This document shows, piece by piece, positions 47,086-57,578 of a DNA stretch of 64,000 nucleotides (position 1 is its first letter; each line of letters starts with the position of its first letter). Made by a program: the position numbers and the translations under genes. Origin of the DNA: Candidatus Eiseniibacteriota bacterium (lineage in GTDB: Bacteria > Eisenbacteria > RBG-16-71-46); contig JANLOX010000245.1 in NCBI GenBank assembly GCA_031366795.1, positions 1,691 through 65,690 of the forward strand. Reading direction: 5' to 3'. The notes under the pieces are model-generated. The model worked only from the letters and a program-made list of their open reading frames with translations. It was not told the origin of the DNA and did no database searches.

Positions 47086-48078
47086 TCATGCTTCGCTGCG
47101 CAGGTCGCGGGTCATTAGCGCCTGCAGTGCCTCGCGCGGGCTGCGCTGCTCGAACAGCATCGCGCAGACTTGCTCCGTGATCGGCATGTCCACGCCGAAC
47201 AGCATCCCCAACTCCCGCGTCGCGCGCGCGGCGGGAACCCCTTCCGCGACCATCGTCATGGAACCCAGAACTTCATCGAGCGTCTCGCCGCGGCCCAGCC
47301 GCTCGCCGACGAATCGATTCCTGCTGTGCCTGCTCATGGCAGTCGCGACCAAGTCGCCCATCCCCGCCAAACCAAAGAACGTCTCGCGCCGCCCGCCCAT
47401 TGCGCTGCCCAGCCGGGCGATCTCCGCCAATCCGCGCGTCAGCAACGCGCCCTTCGTGTTGTCCCCGAACCCCACTCCGTCGCACACGCCGGCCGCAATG
47501 GCGATCACGTTCTTGACTCCCGCCCCCACCTCACAGCCTGTGACATCGGTGTTCGTGTAAACCCTGAACGACGGTGACGAGAGCAACTGTTGCACCACCA
47601 CGGCCGAGGGTTCGTGTTCAGAGGCGGCCACCACCGATGTGGGAATCCCGCGGCTGACTTCTTCCGCGTGACTCGGTCCCGTGACCACCACCACGCGTGA
47701 GTCCGGCAGCGTGCCTGCAATCACCTGGCTCAGGCGCTGGCGTGTTTCGAGTTCAAAGCCTTTTGAAGCACTGATCGCGATCGCCACCGGCACCGAAGTG
47801 TTCGCGACGCGCTGGGCGACTTCACGCATCACTTGAGACGGCACCGCGAACACCACGCCGTCAGTATCCTTCAATGCCGCTGACAGTTCCGTCCGGACCT
47901 TAACGCCGTCGGGTAGCGGGATGGAAGGCAAAAACTTGGCGTTCTCGCGCAGCCTTTCCATCCGCTCGAGCTCGGCGGCATCATTGCCCCACAGCCGTGC
48001 CTCATGACCGGACAGGGCGAGATGAATCGCCAGGGTTGTTCCCCACGATCCTGCCCCGAGAATGGCGACGCGGCTCAT
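47086..48078 (-). CDS. gpsA: NAD(P)H-dependent glycerol-3-phosphate dehydrogenase
   Basis: MSRVAILGAGSWGT...GVKNVIAIAAG; ATG 48078 overlaps the plsY stop (ATGA). Confidence 0.9.
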   Translation of the reverse strand: MSRVAILGAGSWGTTLAIHLALSGHEARLWGNDAAELERMERLRENAKFLPSIPLPDGVKVRTELSAALKDTDGVVFAVPSQVMREVAQRVANTSVPVAIAISASKGFELETRQRLSQVIAGTLPDSRVVVVTGPSHAEEVSRGIPTSVVAASEHEPSAVVVQQLLSSPSFRVYTNTDVTGCEVGAGVKNVIAIAAGVCDGVGFGDNTKGALLTRGLAEIARLGSAMGGRRETFFGLAGMGDLVATAMSRHSRNRFVGERLGRGETLDEVLGSMTMVAEGVPAARATRELGMLFGVDMPITEQVCAMLFEQRSPREALQALMTRDLRSEA

Positions 48079-48719
48079 GTCTGGCGCCCCCGGTGCCAAT
48101 CGAACTGGCGCTCGGTGCCCTCGCGCAGCCGGCGGATATTGTCGCGGTGCCGGACGATCACGAGCACCGCGATCACCACTGCAAACATGAATGTCGGGCT
48201 GGTCAGTCCTCCCTTGCCGAGCAGGGCCAACGCCACGGTGAATGCAACGGCCCCGAGGATCGAGCCCAATGAAATAAAGCGCGTCGTGCCCACCGTCAGG
48301 AAGAACACCACGACGAAGGCGAGGAAGGCGAGCGGCGCCAGCGCCAGCAGCACACCGACGGTCGTCGCGACGCCCTTGCCCCCTTTGAAGCCGGCTAGGA
48401 ACGTCCAGACGTGTCCGGCGATCGCCGCGAATCCCACGGCCAGGGCGCACATCTCACGCCCACCGGGGAACGCGGCGGCGAGCGGCAGTTGAGGCACGAA
48501 CCAAACGGGCAGCGCGCCCTTGAGGATGTCGAGCAGCAGCGTGGCGATCCCGAGGCCGCGCCCGAGCGAGCGGAATACATTGGTCGCTCCGAGGTTTCGC
48601 GATCCGAGGGTACGCACGTCGGCGCCGCGAAACCACCTGCCCAGCCACAGCCCGAAGGGCAGCGATCCTGAAATGTAGCCGAGCGCCATGCAGGCGAGCA
48701 CGGAAAGTGCGGGCGTCAT
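48075..48719 (-). CDS. plsY: glycerol-3-phosphate acyltransferase PlsY
   Basis: GSRNLGATNVFR and HVWTFLAGFKGGKGVAT motifs. Confidence 0.9.
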   Translation of the reverse strand: MTPALSVLACMALGYISGSLPFGLWLGRWFRGADVRTLGSRNLGATNVFRSLGRGLGIATLLLDILKGALPVWFVPQLPLAAAFPGGREMCALAVGFAAIAGHVWTFLAGFKGGKGVATTVGVLLALAPLAFLAFVVVFFLTVGTTRFISLGSILGAVAFTVALALLGKGGLTSPTFMFAVVIAVLVIVRHRDNIRRLREGTERQFDWHRGRQT

Positions 48720-48749
48720 GTTGCCTCGCTCATCCCCGACGCTGGCGGC

Positions 48750-50060
48750 CTATTCACTCTTGCGGAATTTGAGTTGCACTGGCGTGCCATAGAACCCAAA
48801 CGTATCGCAGAGATCGAGCAGCAGGAAGCGCCGGTAGCTGTCGCTCAGGCGCGCGGGAGAATTGCAGAACAAGGTGACCTCGGGCGGCCGGAACCCGGTT
48901 TGGGTGCCGTAATACACCTTGGCGGTGCGGCCGGCGCTGTTGCTCGGCACCGCTCGGCGCTGCTGCACCGTTTCGAGCCAGCGATTGAGCTCGGACGTGG
49001 TGAGCTTGCGGCTGTGTTCTTCCATCCGCTGCACCAGTGCCGCCGGCAGCCGCTGGAGGTGCGTATGCTCGAGCGCGGACAGCGGCATTGCCGGCAGGTC
49101 GGCCAGGGTCGGGTAGCGCCGCGCGCGGTCGGCCACGGCCTTCTTCCAGGCCTGCTCACGATCCTCGATCAGGTCCCACTTGTTGTAGAGCAACTGCACC
49201 GTGCAGCCACTCTCGAGCGCCTCGGCGGCGAGGCGTGCTTCCTGTCGCAGGAACCCTTGAGTCGCGTCGACCACGAGGCAGGCGAGATTGGCGCGTTGCA
49301 TCGCCTGCAGTGCGCGCATCGAAGCGTAGAACTCGGACTCATCCTTGAAGTGCGCCTGGCGGCGGATGCCTGCGGTATCGACCAGCGTGAACACGCCGGT
49401 GGGGGTGGTCCACGCGGAGTCGACGGCATCCACCGTCGTGCCGGCGCGAGCCTCGACGACCATGCGGTCCTCGCCGAGCAGCGAGTTGACCAGCGAGGAC
49501 TTGCCGACGTTGGGCCGGCCGATGATGGCGATGCGGCCCTGCGTCTCGGCCTCGTCCGGCTCCTCGGGCGGCATCTCGGAGAGAATGCGATCGAGCAGGT
49601 CGCCGATGCCGAAGCCGTTTTCGGAGGAAATCGGGATGGGTTCGCCGAGGCCCAGCGCATGGAACTCGTGCACCACGGGATCGTGCGGTTTGTCGACCTT
49701 GTTGACCACAAGCAGGCAGGTGCGGCCCGTTTTCAGCAGGCTGCGAGCGATGGCGCGATCGAGGTCCGTGGCGCCGGTCAGCGCGTCGACCATCAGGATC
49801 ACCACATTCGCCAGGCCGATCGCGGTTTCCGCCTGGCGGCGCACCAGCACGTCGCGGCCCTCGGCGGAGGCCGGTAGGAAGCCGCCGGTGTCCACGAGCA
49901 TGAACGGACGTCCCGCCCACTCGGCGCGCACCGCATTGCGGTCACGGGTAATGCCGGGGCGATCGTGGACCACCGCTCTTCGCTCGCCGAGCACGCGGTT
50001 GAAGAACGTGGATTTGCCCACGTTGGGACGGCCGATGATCGCGACGACGGAAGTGGCCAT
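48750..50060 (-). CDS. der: ribosome-associated GTPase Der (EngA), tandem GTPase domains + KH-like domain
   Basis: Two G-domains (GRPNVGKST twice, DTGG/DTAG). Confidence 0.9.
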   Translation of the reverse strand: MATSVVAIIGRPNVGKSTFFNRVLGERRAVVHDRPGITRDRNAVRAEWAGRPFMLVDTGGFLPASAEGRDVLVRRQAETAIGLANVVILMVDALTGATDLDRAIARSLLKTGRTCLLVVNKVDKPHDPVVHEFHALGLGEPIPISSENGFGIGDLLDRILSEMPPEEPDEAETQGRIAIIGRPNVGKSSLVNSLLGEDRMVVEARAGTTVDAVDSAWTTPTGVFTLVDTAGIRRQAHFKDESEFYASMRALQAMQRANLACLVVDATQGFLRQEARLAAEALESGCTVQLLYNKWDLIEDREQAWKKAVADRARRYPTLADLPAMPLSALEHTHLQRLPAALVQRMEEHSRKLTTSELNRWLETVQQRRAVPSNSAGRTAKVYYGTQTGFRPPEVTLFCNSPARLSDSYRRFLLLDLCDTFGFYGTPVQLKFRKSE

Positions 50061-50121
50061 GGTCCTTAAACGAATCGGCGCGCCGGGACCCGCCCGGAGC
50101 GCCGATCTCGATGTGCTGGAA

Positions 50122-50197
50122 TGGAGCGGGCAACGGGGGTCGAACCCGCGACCTCAAGCTTGGGAAGCTCGCGCTCTACCAACTGAGCTATGCCCGC
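50122..50197 (-). tRNA. tRNA-Gly (anticodon CCC)
   Basis: 76-nt cloverleaf: acceptor GCGGGCA, anticodon loop TTCCCAA, T-loop TTCGACC, encoded CCA. Confidence 0.85.
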
Positions 50198-50280
50198 GAA
50201 TGAACAGAAGTTGCGACACCGTTGAAACGTAGTTTCGGAAGCCCAAACTGTCAACTCACGCGGGAACGGCAAGTCCCCGG

Positions 50281-51213
50281 TCAGCGCCGGAATGCCTCGA
50301 GAATGTCCCCCCCGATCGCGGCAATGTGGCGTCCTGACACAGGGATGAGCACCGCCTCGAGTTGGTTGCGAAACCATGTGCGCTGGCGTTTTGCGAGTTG
50401 CCGGGTGCGCAACGAGGTGTTTGCTTCGGCTTGTTCGCGCGTCAGCCGGCCGTGAAGCAGTTCAAGCGTCTCGTCATAGCCGACGGCTCGCAGGCGGGCA
50501 AGTTCAGCTTCGCGGCCCGCAGTGACCAGCGCCTGCGTCTCTTCGATGAGGCCCGAATTGAACATCGCGCCAGTCCGCGCCTCAATGAGCGGGTAGTGCT
50601 CCTCGCCTGTGAGGGTGATCTCGATGGCGGTCCAATCGGCATCGAACCCCGGGCTCGAGGGTTGCTCGCGCCACCAGGCGGTGGTGTGGCCGCTCGATTC
50701 GACGATCTCGAGCGCCCGCAGGATGCGCTGGGTGTCGGTCGGCGCGAGCTTCGCGGCGCGCGCCGGATCGAGCACGCTGAGACGCCGGTGCAACGGGCGC
50801 GGTCCCCATTCAGCGGCCTCCCCCATCAGCCTGAGCCGCAGTTCCGCATCGCGTGGAGGCTGCGCCGACAATCCGCTCATCAAGGCGCGCAGGTAGAGGC
50901 CCGAGCCGCCGACGAACAACGCGACACCATCCGCCGCTTCGATCGCGCGCAGCGCACCGGCGGCGGCCTCCGCGTACCAACCGGCGCTTGGGCGTTGATC
51001 GAGCGACAACGCGTCGAACAGCATGTGCGGAAGTGCGGCGAGTTCCGCCGGAGCCGGCTTGCCGGTGCCGATGTTCAGCTCGCGAAACACCTGTCGCGAA
51101 TCGGCGCACACGATCGTGGCGCCGAGCCGTTCCGCGAGCCACTCCGCGACGGCCGTCTTGCCCGTGGCGGTGGCGCCGGCGATGACCAGGCTGCGGATCC
51201 TGCGAGGCGGCAT
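50281..51213 (-). CDS. miaA: tRNA dimethylallyltransferase
   Basis: P-loop GATATGKT; full-length MiaA similarity. Confidence 0.9.
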   Translation of the reverse strand: MPPRRIRSLVIAGATATGKTAVAEWLAERLGATIVCADSRQVFRELNIGTGKPAPAELAALPHMLFDALSLDQRPSAGWYAEAAAGALRAIEAADGVALFVGGSGLYLRALMSGLSAQPPRDAELRLRLMGEAAEWGPRPLHRRLSVLDPARAAKLAPTDTQRILRALEIVESSGHTTAWWREQPSSPGFDADWTAIEITLTGEEHYPLIEARTGAMFNSGLIEETQALVTAGREAELARLRAVGYDETLELLHGRLTREQAEANTSLRTRQLAKRQRTWFRNQLEAVLIPVSGRHIAAIGGDILEAFRR

Positions 51214-51235
51214 GCCGGTGCGCGTCCTGTGAGAA

Positions 51236-53047
51236 TCAGCTGCGTCCGAAGCGGCGATGCAATTCTTCGAGGTCGAGCCGCACGAAGGTCACGCGGCCGT
51301 GCGGATCGCCATGCGGCTGTGACGTCGCGAACAGGCGGTCGACGAGCGCGCGCATTTCCGGTGGGCTGAGCACATCACCGGCCTTCACCGCGGCGTGGCA
51401 GGCATAGGTGCGCGCGAGGTGTTCCGCGACATCCTGGTCGCTGGTCTTCCCCGTTGCTTCACTCACTCCATCGAGGACGTCCTGGAGGAAGCGGCCGGGA
51501 TGATCCGCGCTGATCTCGGGAGGCACACCGCGCACGACCACGGAGGGAGCGCCCAGCGGTGAGAGGTCCCACCCCAACTGCTGCAGCCACGGACCCAACT
51601 CCAGCACAAGGTCGAACTGGCTCTGCGACAAGTCGACGAGCGTCGGGAATAACAGCTGCTGCGAAGTGCCCGCAGCACCTTCGAGCCGCGCACGCGCCTG
51701 CTCGAACAGGATCCGCTCATGGGCGGCGTGCTGGTCGACGATCACGAGACCGCCGCGCACCGGGGCGAGGATATAGGTGCGGTGCAACTGCCAAAGGTCG
51801 GGAGTGTCCCCGGCCGGCGTCGTGGCTCCCTGCGCGAACGCCGCGGCATCCTGGGCCGCGCGCTGCGGGATGGCCGGTGCGAGCACCGCGTGGCCTGCTG
51901 CGGTGGCGACCGGAGCCGGCGCGCTCAACGCGAGCGCGCCCTGCGTCGAGGGACGCTCGAACACGCGATCACCCCACTGCGGGGTGTCGCTGCCGCCGCG
52001 CACGACCGCGAAGGGCGGCGTCAGGTTGGCGAGCGGGCGCGCGCAGGCGCCCGCCACCAGCGACAGCACGGCACCGTCATCGGCGAAGCGCACCTCGCGC
52101 TTGGTGGGATGCACGTTCACATCGAGGCGATCAGGCGGCACCGTGAGCCACAGCGTACAGGCGGGAAAGCGGCCGGATGGCAGCAGGTTGCCATACGCCT
52201 GGCGCAGCGCGTGCGACAGCAAGGGGCTGTGGATCCAGCGCCGGTTGACGAGGAACACCTGGCCCTCGCGCGTAGCACGTGCGTGCTCCGGCAATCCCAG
52301 CAGCGCGGTCACCGCATAGCCATCGCGTTCCGCGTGGGTTTCCATCAACTGCTCGGCGTGGCGCGCGCCCCACAACGCCAGCGCGCGTTCACGACGCTGC
52401 GCCAACAGTGCTGGGGGATCCGTCGCCCCGTTGCCGCGCACCGCGGGCCAGTCGAGCCGGGTGCGCTGGTCCACGATCAAGCGCAACGCTACCTCGGGGA
52501 AGCCTAAGCCGTAGCATTCGAGCAGCCGGATGGCCGCGCGCAATTCCCCGGTGGGTGTGTTCATGAACTTACGCCGCGCCGGTGTGTTGAAGAACAGGTT
52601 CGACACCTCGACGGTGGTGCCCGTCGCGCGGGGCGAATCGCCGCGCTCGATCACCGTGCCGCCTTCCATGACCACGAATGCGGCGGCATCGTCCTGACGG
52701 CGGCGGCTCGACAAGCGCAGGCGGCTCACCGCGGCGATGCTGGGGAGCGCTTCGCCCCGGAAGCCGAGGCTCGAAAGCGCATCGAGGTCGTCGAACGCTT
52801 CGAGCTTGCTGGTGGCGTGGGGCGGGCGCGCCAGGTCGAGTTCCGCGGCGGCGATGCCGTGGCCGTCATCGGCGACGCTGAAGAACTGGTCGAGCGAGCG
52901 CTCCACGCGGATTTCGATCGCGTGGGCACCCGCATCCAAGGCGTTCTCGAGTATTTCCTTGATGGCGGACAGCGGCCGCTCGATGACCTCGCCCGCGGCG
53001 ATGCGCGAGGCAGTTTCGGGAGCCAGCCGCCGGATCGAATGTGACAT
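51236..53047 (-). CDS. mutL: DNA mismatch repair protein MutL
   Basis: GHKL ATPase N-terminus (IKEILENALDAGA, DDGHGI); C-terminal dimerisation region. Confidence 0.9.
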   Translation of the reverse strand: MSHSIRRLAPETASRIAAGEVIERPLSAIKEILENALDAGAHAIEIRVERSLDQFFSVADDGHGIAAAELDLARPPHATSKLEAFDDLDALSSLGFRGEALPSIAAVSRLRLSSRRRQDDAAAFVVMEGGTVIERGDSPRATGTTVEVSNLFFNTPARRKFMNTPTGELRAAIRLLECYGLGFPEVALRLIVDQRTRLDWPAVRGNGATDPPALLAQRRERALALWGARHAEQLMETHAERDGYAVTALLGLPEHARATREGQVFLVNRRWIHSPLLSHALRQAYGNLLPSGRFPACTLWLTVPPDRLDVNVHPTKREVRFADDGAVLSLVAGACARPLANLTPPFAVVRGGSDTPQWGDRVFERPSTQGALALSAPAPVATAAGHAVLAPAIPQRAAQDAAAFAQGATTPAGDTPDLWQLHRTYILAPVRGGLVIVDQHAAHERILFEQARARLEGAAGTSQQLLFPTLVDLSQSQFDLVLELGPWLQQLGWDLSPLGAPSVVVRGVPPEISADHPGRFLQDVLDGVSEATGKTSDQDVAEHLARTYACHAAVKAGDVLSPPEMRALVDRLFATSQPHGDPHGRVTFVRLDLEELHRRFGRS

Positions 53048-53133
53048 GGGGCCTCCCGACGAAGAAGGCCAAGGATTACACGACGCTCGGAGCGAGGGTC
53101 AAGGACGCGAGTTGTCGCAGCCTTAAGCGAGCC

Positions 53134-54411
53134 CTATCCGCGGGAGTCGCCGCCGCCCACCCAGTCCTGCGCCGAGGAAAGAAAATCGTGCGTCTCCGCA
53201 GCACCTGGCAACCCGGACAATTCGATTCGCTCGTCGTGAATGAGCGAAACACCAGCGGCATCGCCCAACGAGCCGCACGCTTGCCGCCACAGGAACTCGA
53301 TGCGGCGGCGCACCTGCTGGTAGGCGCGCGTGGATCCGGCGCACAGCAGCAGCAATTCATCCGGAGCGGGACGGCAAACGCAATCCGTACCGCGCAAGCG
53401 TTCAGGCAATTCCGCGAGCAATGCGGTCAGCGCCTCCTCGGGGCCTGTGAAGCTCAGGCGGTAGAGCGCGAAGCGGAAGCCCTCGGCGTGATGACGGTCC
53501 ACCGCCATCTGCAGCCGGTGCGTGAACGCAGCGGGTTCGAACAAGGTCAGTCGCGGCGTCTCGGCCACTTCGCCATGCTCTGCGACACTCCAGGCGACAC
53601 ACAGCGATTGCACCGCCGATTCCCATACGGCGCGCGCCATCGCGCCATCCGCTCCGGCCACCGCCACGACGGCGCGGCGGTGCTCGGTGTGGAAGGGCCA
53701 CGCCGCCCACAGCCGGCCACGCTGGGCACCGTCCTCGCGCCGCATGACGTGCGGCGTGTCCAGCCGGAACGCCAGCGCCACCAGCGACTCGAGCAGAGGA
53801 TCTTCGGGGCCGAAGCGGCACAGCCGCGTCAGTCCCTCCCCCGCGGCATGGTGGATGGAGGCCGACGACGCGGAGGTCTCGGCAACCCAGTTGGCGAGAC
53901 ATCGCTCGAGCCCGAGCGGGTCCTCCGGAGGCGGCAGCACGACGATCCGCTCGCCCATGGCTTCGGTGCCGGCGGCCGAGGGCGCGAGCCCTTCCGGCAA
54001 CCAGCCGCTGGTGGCGAACGTTTCGACATCGGGCGCCGCGTCCGTGGCCGGGTCGTTGCACCTTTCACGGCGCTCTTCGTGATGCCCGTTGCGCAGGAAT
54101 TGCTGCGGTGACTCGATGGGCGTACCCAACGCGCGAAGCAGGCGGTCGAGTTGTTCGAGCCGCGGGCTGCGCTCGCTCACCAATGCCACGTCGAAGATCT
54201 CGCGCGTCAGGTCCGCGAGTTCGACGCTCCGCGGCAGGCCGCACAGCGAAGCGACGCGAACTCCGGCGTCTTCAGTGGAGGTCCCTGCAACCAGCCGGAT
54301 GGCGACACCCGGCATGCGCAGCAGGCTGGGCAGGTGGTCGGCATCCTGCCAGTCGAAATCAATCAACACGATTCGGCGGGGCGAACCCCCCGGGCGATCC
54401 AATGGTGTCAT
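53134..54411 (-). CDS. hypothetical protein with degenerate GGDEF-like C-terminal region
   Basis: RFALYRLSFTGPEE...TDCVCRPAPDELLLLC resembles the GGDEF fold with the catalytic GG(D/E)EF replaced. Start ATG 54411 has GAAGGA upstream. Confidence 0.35.
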   Translation of the reverse strand: MTPLDRPGGSPRRIVLIDFDWQDADHLPSLLRMPGVAIRLVAGTSTEDAGVRVASLCGLPRSVELADLTREIFDVALVSERSPRLEQLDRLLRALGTPIESPQQFLRNGHHEERRERCNDPATDAAPDVETFATSGWLPEGLAPSAAGTEAMGERIVVLPPPEDPLGLERCLANWVAETSASSASIHHAAGEGLTRLCRFGPEDPLLESLVALAFRLDTPHVMRREDGAQRGRLWAAWPFHTEHRRAVVAVAGADGAMARAVWESAVQSLCVAWSVAEHGEVAETPRLTLFEPAAFTHRLQMAVDRHHAEGFRFALYRLSFTGPEEALTALLAELPERLRGTDCVCRPAPDELLLLCAGSTRAYQQVRRRIEFLWRQACGSLGDAAGVSLIHDERIELSGLPGAAETHDFLSSAQDWVGGGDSRG

Positions 54412-54590
54412 GGCGTTCCTTCGCAGGGCGATGTTGGATTCGTCGGAGGTGAAACGCAGGGACCATACCACCGCGTACATCACGGGCCGGCGCGTGTTTC
54501 AGTGTATGGCGCGCGGCCCCGTCTCCCACCCTCGTGCCAATTGCAATGGCCGGGGCCGTTTTGCGCACGGCCTGCCCGGGCCAACAGGCG

Positions 54591-57509
54591 CTAGAGTTCG
54601 GGACGAGGTGGCAATGGCGGAAGGGAAACTTCACGCAGCACCGGGTCGACGATGCGCACCGGGAACTGGCGTTTGAGCTCCTTGAGCTCGTCGCGCAGCC
54701 CGTACTCGATCTCGAGACCGCGAATGGGTCCCATCTGCTGCTCGACTTCCGCAGCGGATGGCGTGCCATGACGGTTGACGCGCAAGCGTGCGCTGAAGTC
54801 GGACAGCGGTACCCAGCCGCTCAAGCTACCCGCGGCGAGCCCCGGGGTGCCGGGCAAACCGAAAACCACCGAGTCCACCAGATCCGAAGCGCCCAGCTTA
54901 CCGAGCGCCTTGCGACGAACGTAATGGTTGTCGCCCGCGAGGCCTCCCCACAATTCGCCGAGACTTTCGAACGTCCAACCCGCGCGCATCAGCGAATCCA
55001 TCTCGGCCTGCTTCGCTGCGAGGGCATGCGCACTCAAGCGCCGGCGGTATTCGATCAATACCGGCGTCTGCGCGAAGGCCCAATCCTGAATTCGCGGCGA
55101 GGCGATGCTGTCGACCCACATGGCCGCCGCACCCTGCCCCAGGAAGTATTCGCTTCCCGGATAGATCTCCCCAGGCTTCATGCGATCGAGACGCTCGGCC
55201 ATGGGGATCAGGTTCTCGGGATAACCGCGATCACCCGGGCGATGGCGGTACTGTTCGACCTGCAGCCCGAGCTTGTCCGCAACTGCCCGGCCCTGCGCGG
55301 GATTGCGAATGACCTGTGCGAGGCTGTCGGCGAACTGACGCGCCAGCGTCTGGGACTTTTTGATGGCGGCGTCCGCGCCCACGGCGGTGTAGACCCAGGC
55401 GAGTGGCTCGGTAACTTCCGCGACGTGCTCCTCGAGCTTCAGCAAATGGTAGCCGTCCGTGGCCAGCACGGGGTCGCTGACCTGTCCCAGCTTGAGGGCG
55501 AACCCTACCTTCTGGATCTCGGGCACCAACTCCCCGGCGGAGCGGTAACCCAGGTCGCCGCCATCGTCACGTGTCTTGTCGTCGTCCGACAGACGACGCG
55601 CAAGCTCCTGGAAGTTCTCGCCCGCGCGAATCCGTTTGAGGGCGTCAGCGGCCCGCGCGCGCGCCTGTTGTTGGGAGGCAGCTTCGCCGCCGCTGAGCTT
55701 GAACAGAATGTGGCGAAGACGGAAGCGCTCCGGTGAGCCGTAGTCGGCGAGGTGCTGCCGGTAGTACGACTCGACTTCCTGCCGGGACAGCGGCACGTCG
55801 ATCAGCTCCGGCTGGGGACACCACAGCCGTGAGTAATAGACCAGCTTGCCGGTCAGGTACTGGTACGGGTTGCGCTCATAGATCTTGCGCGCTTCCTCGA
55901 CTTCGGCCGTCTCCTGTGCCGCGCGCATCCGGTCCAGCAGCTGCGCGCGGACCTGGTCGAGCGAGGGCACGAGGCGCTCGACCAGTTCGTAGGCGTGCAC
56001 GACCGCGTAGCCTGCGGCAAACGGCACCACTTCGAGTGTGCGGCCGTAGATCCGGTTGTTGAGGGTGTCGCTGACGACCTTGCTGGCCCCGCCCAGGTCG
56101 AGCGTGCCGCCATAGGGCACAGCACCCAGTTCATACAGGGTCGCTTGCGCTTCGAGCGTGCGGTCGCGGCGGTCCTGGCTCCAGGCATCCTCGATGCGAT
56201 TGGCCAGGTCGCGCGCGAACAGGTCGCGCCGGCTGGACCGCCAGCGGTCGTTAAGTTCGCCGCGCACCTCGGCAAAGGGCCGCGCCGTCAACGACTGGGA
56301 GACGGGGTCGAACCGTGAATAGTCCGCGAGCCGCGACTGGTAAAAGCTCTTGAGGTCGTCTTGCGAAGGCTCGGGAACCTTCAGCTTGGCAGCGTCGACG
56401 ACAGCGCAGCGCAACCGGTATCCCGGCCGGCCGAGACTATCGCGTACCGAGGCGTAGAAACGCTTCAATTCGACCTGCTCTGTCCCAGCGCTCAGCTCGG
56501 TGCGCAACTGCGCGCGAACGATCGGGGATGCCTCGGCGAGCGTGCCCGGCCGGCGCGCGGCGGAGGTGTCGACCTCGACGACGTAGAAGCCCTGGGCGCC
56601 CGGAACGGGCTCGGGGATCAAGGTGCCCGGAGGCGCGCTGAAGATGCGCGCGTTCTGCGCGGGTGTGGCTCGCCACGACCCGGGCAGATTGTCGTCGCGC
56701 AGGGTGATCCGGCGCTGCCGTCCGCCCAACTGGTCCCCCACATCGGAAAGCGCCGTGCCGCCCTGGTTCCCGGTGATCGCGCTCAGCGCTTTCTGCTTCA
56801 TCGTGGCGAGCGCGGCGTTATCCGGCGCATCGGTTTCGAATAACAGTGCGTGAACGGTCGCTTCCGCCGGCCGGTCGAAGTCGTGCATGTGCGCGCGGTA
56901 CTCTTCGAGCACTTCCTTCTCTGACGGCTCGCGTGCGCGGCCCGTGAATGACGCCATGGGCAGGGCGAGATAGTTCAAGTTCGCGCTCTCGAGCGTCCGC
57001 GTCGCGGCGCGGCGAAGCGCGTCATCGGAAGGCGTGTATTTCTTGCGGAGGTTCTCGGACAGGCGCTGGGCGCCCAACTCGCGCCGGGCTTCGTCGGCCG
57101 CCCGCTTGAATGAGGCCGGGTCATTGCGGTGGGCGTTATCCCAGGCGCGCTGGCTGAATTGCCCATTCGGATTGAAGATGGGCATGTGCTTGAGATAAGC
57201 CTCGACCTCGGCATCGCTGACTTGAGCGCGGCCTGCGCCGAGTACGTAGAGACGCTGGCGCACAAGCGTCTCGAGCGCCTGCCTGCGGATCGAGGCGCGC
57301 TGCTGCGCATTAAGGTCGGCCCCCATCCGTCCGCGGTAGGCGACCTCCATCTCCGCGGCCCGCGCGTCGAGTTCGTCCTGCCGGATGCCGCTACTGCCCA
57401 CCGTCGCGACGATGGTGCCGGGCGCGCCCAGTACCCGCGCGGGCGCTCCGCCCAGCGTGAAGCCCAACACCAACAGCGCGACCCAGATCCTGCTCAGGCT
57501 CGACCTCAC
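54591..57509 (-). CDS. large periplasmic chaperone with parvulin-type peptidyl-prolyl isomerase domain (PpiD/SurA-like), ~972 aa
   Basis: GTG 57509 with AAGGAG 7 nt upstream; signal/anchor RIWVALLVLGFTLGG. Parvulin block FRLRHILFKL...GGDLGY...DGYHLLKLEE. Confidence 0.7.
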   Translation of the reverse strand: MRSSLSRIWVALLVLGFTLGGAPARVLGAPGTIVATVGSSGIRQDELDARAAEMEVAYRGRMGADLNAQQRASIRRQALETLVRQRLYVLGAGRAQVSDAEVEAYLKHMPIFNPNGQFSQRAWDNAHRNDPASFKRAADEARRELGAQRLSENLRKKYTPSDDALRRAATRTLESANLNYLALPMASFTGRAREPSEKEVLEEYRAHMHDFDRPAEATVHALLFETDAPDNAALATMKQKALSAITGNQGGTALSDVGDQLGGRQRRITLRDDNLPGSWRATPAQNARIFSAPPGTLIPEPVPGAQGFYVVEVDTSAARRPGTLAEASPIVRAQLRTELSAGTEQVELKRFYASVRDSLGRPGYRLRCAVVDAAKLKVPEPSQDDLKSFYQSRLADYSRFDPVSQSLTARPFAEVRGELNDRWRSSRRDLFARDLANRIEDAWSQDRRDRTLEAQATLYELGAVPYGGTLDLGGASKVVSDTLNNRIYGRTLEVVPFAAGYAVVHAYELVERLVPSLDQVRAQLLDRMRAAQETAEVEEARKIYERNPYQYLTGKLVYYSRLWCPQPELIDVPLSRQEVESYYRQHLADYGSPERFRLRHILFKLSGGEAASQQQARARAADALKRIRAGENFQELARRLSDDDKTRDDGGDLGYRSAGELVPEIQKVGFALKLGQVSDPVLATDGYHLLKLEEHVAEVTEPLAWVYTAVGADAAIKKSQTLARQFADSLAQVIRNPAQGRAVADKLGLQVEQYRHRPGDRGYPENLIPMAERLDRMKPGEIYPGSEYFLGQGAAAMWVDSIASPRIQDWAFAQTPVLIEYRRRLSAHALAAKQAEMDSLMRAGWTFESLGELWGGLAGDNHYVRRKALGKLGASDLVDSVVFGLPGTPGLAAGSLSGWVPLSDFSARLRVNRHGTPSAAEVEQQMGPIRGLEIEYGLRDELKELKRQFPVRIVDPVLREVSLPPLPPRPEL

Positions 57510-57578
57510 TCCTGGACTCCTTGTGTGGATGTGCTCGCGGCCTTGACCCTCGAACGTGGTGCTGAATAGCCTGCCCAC

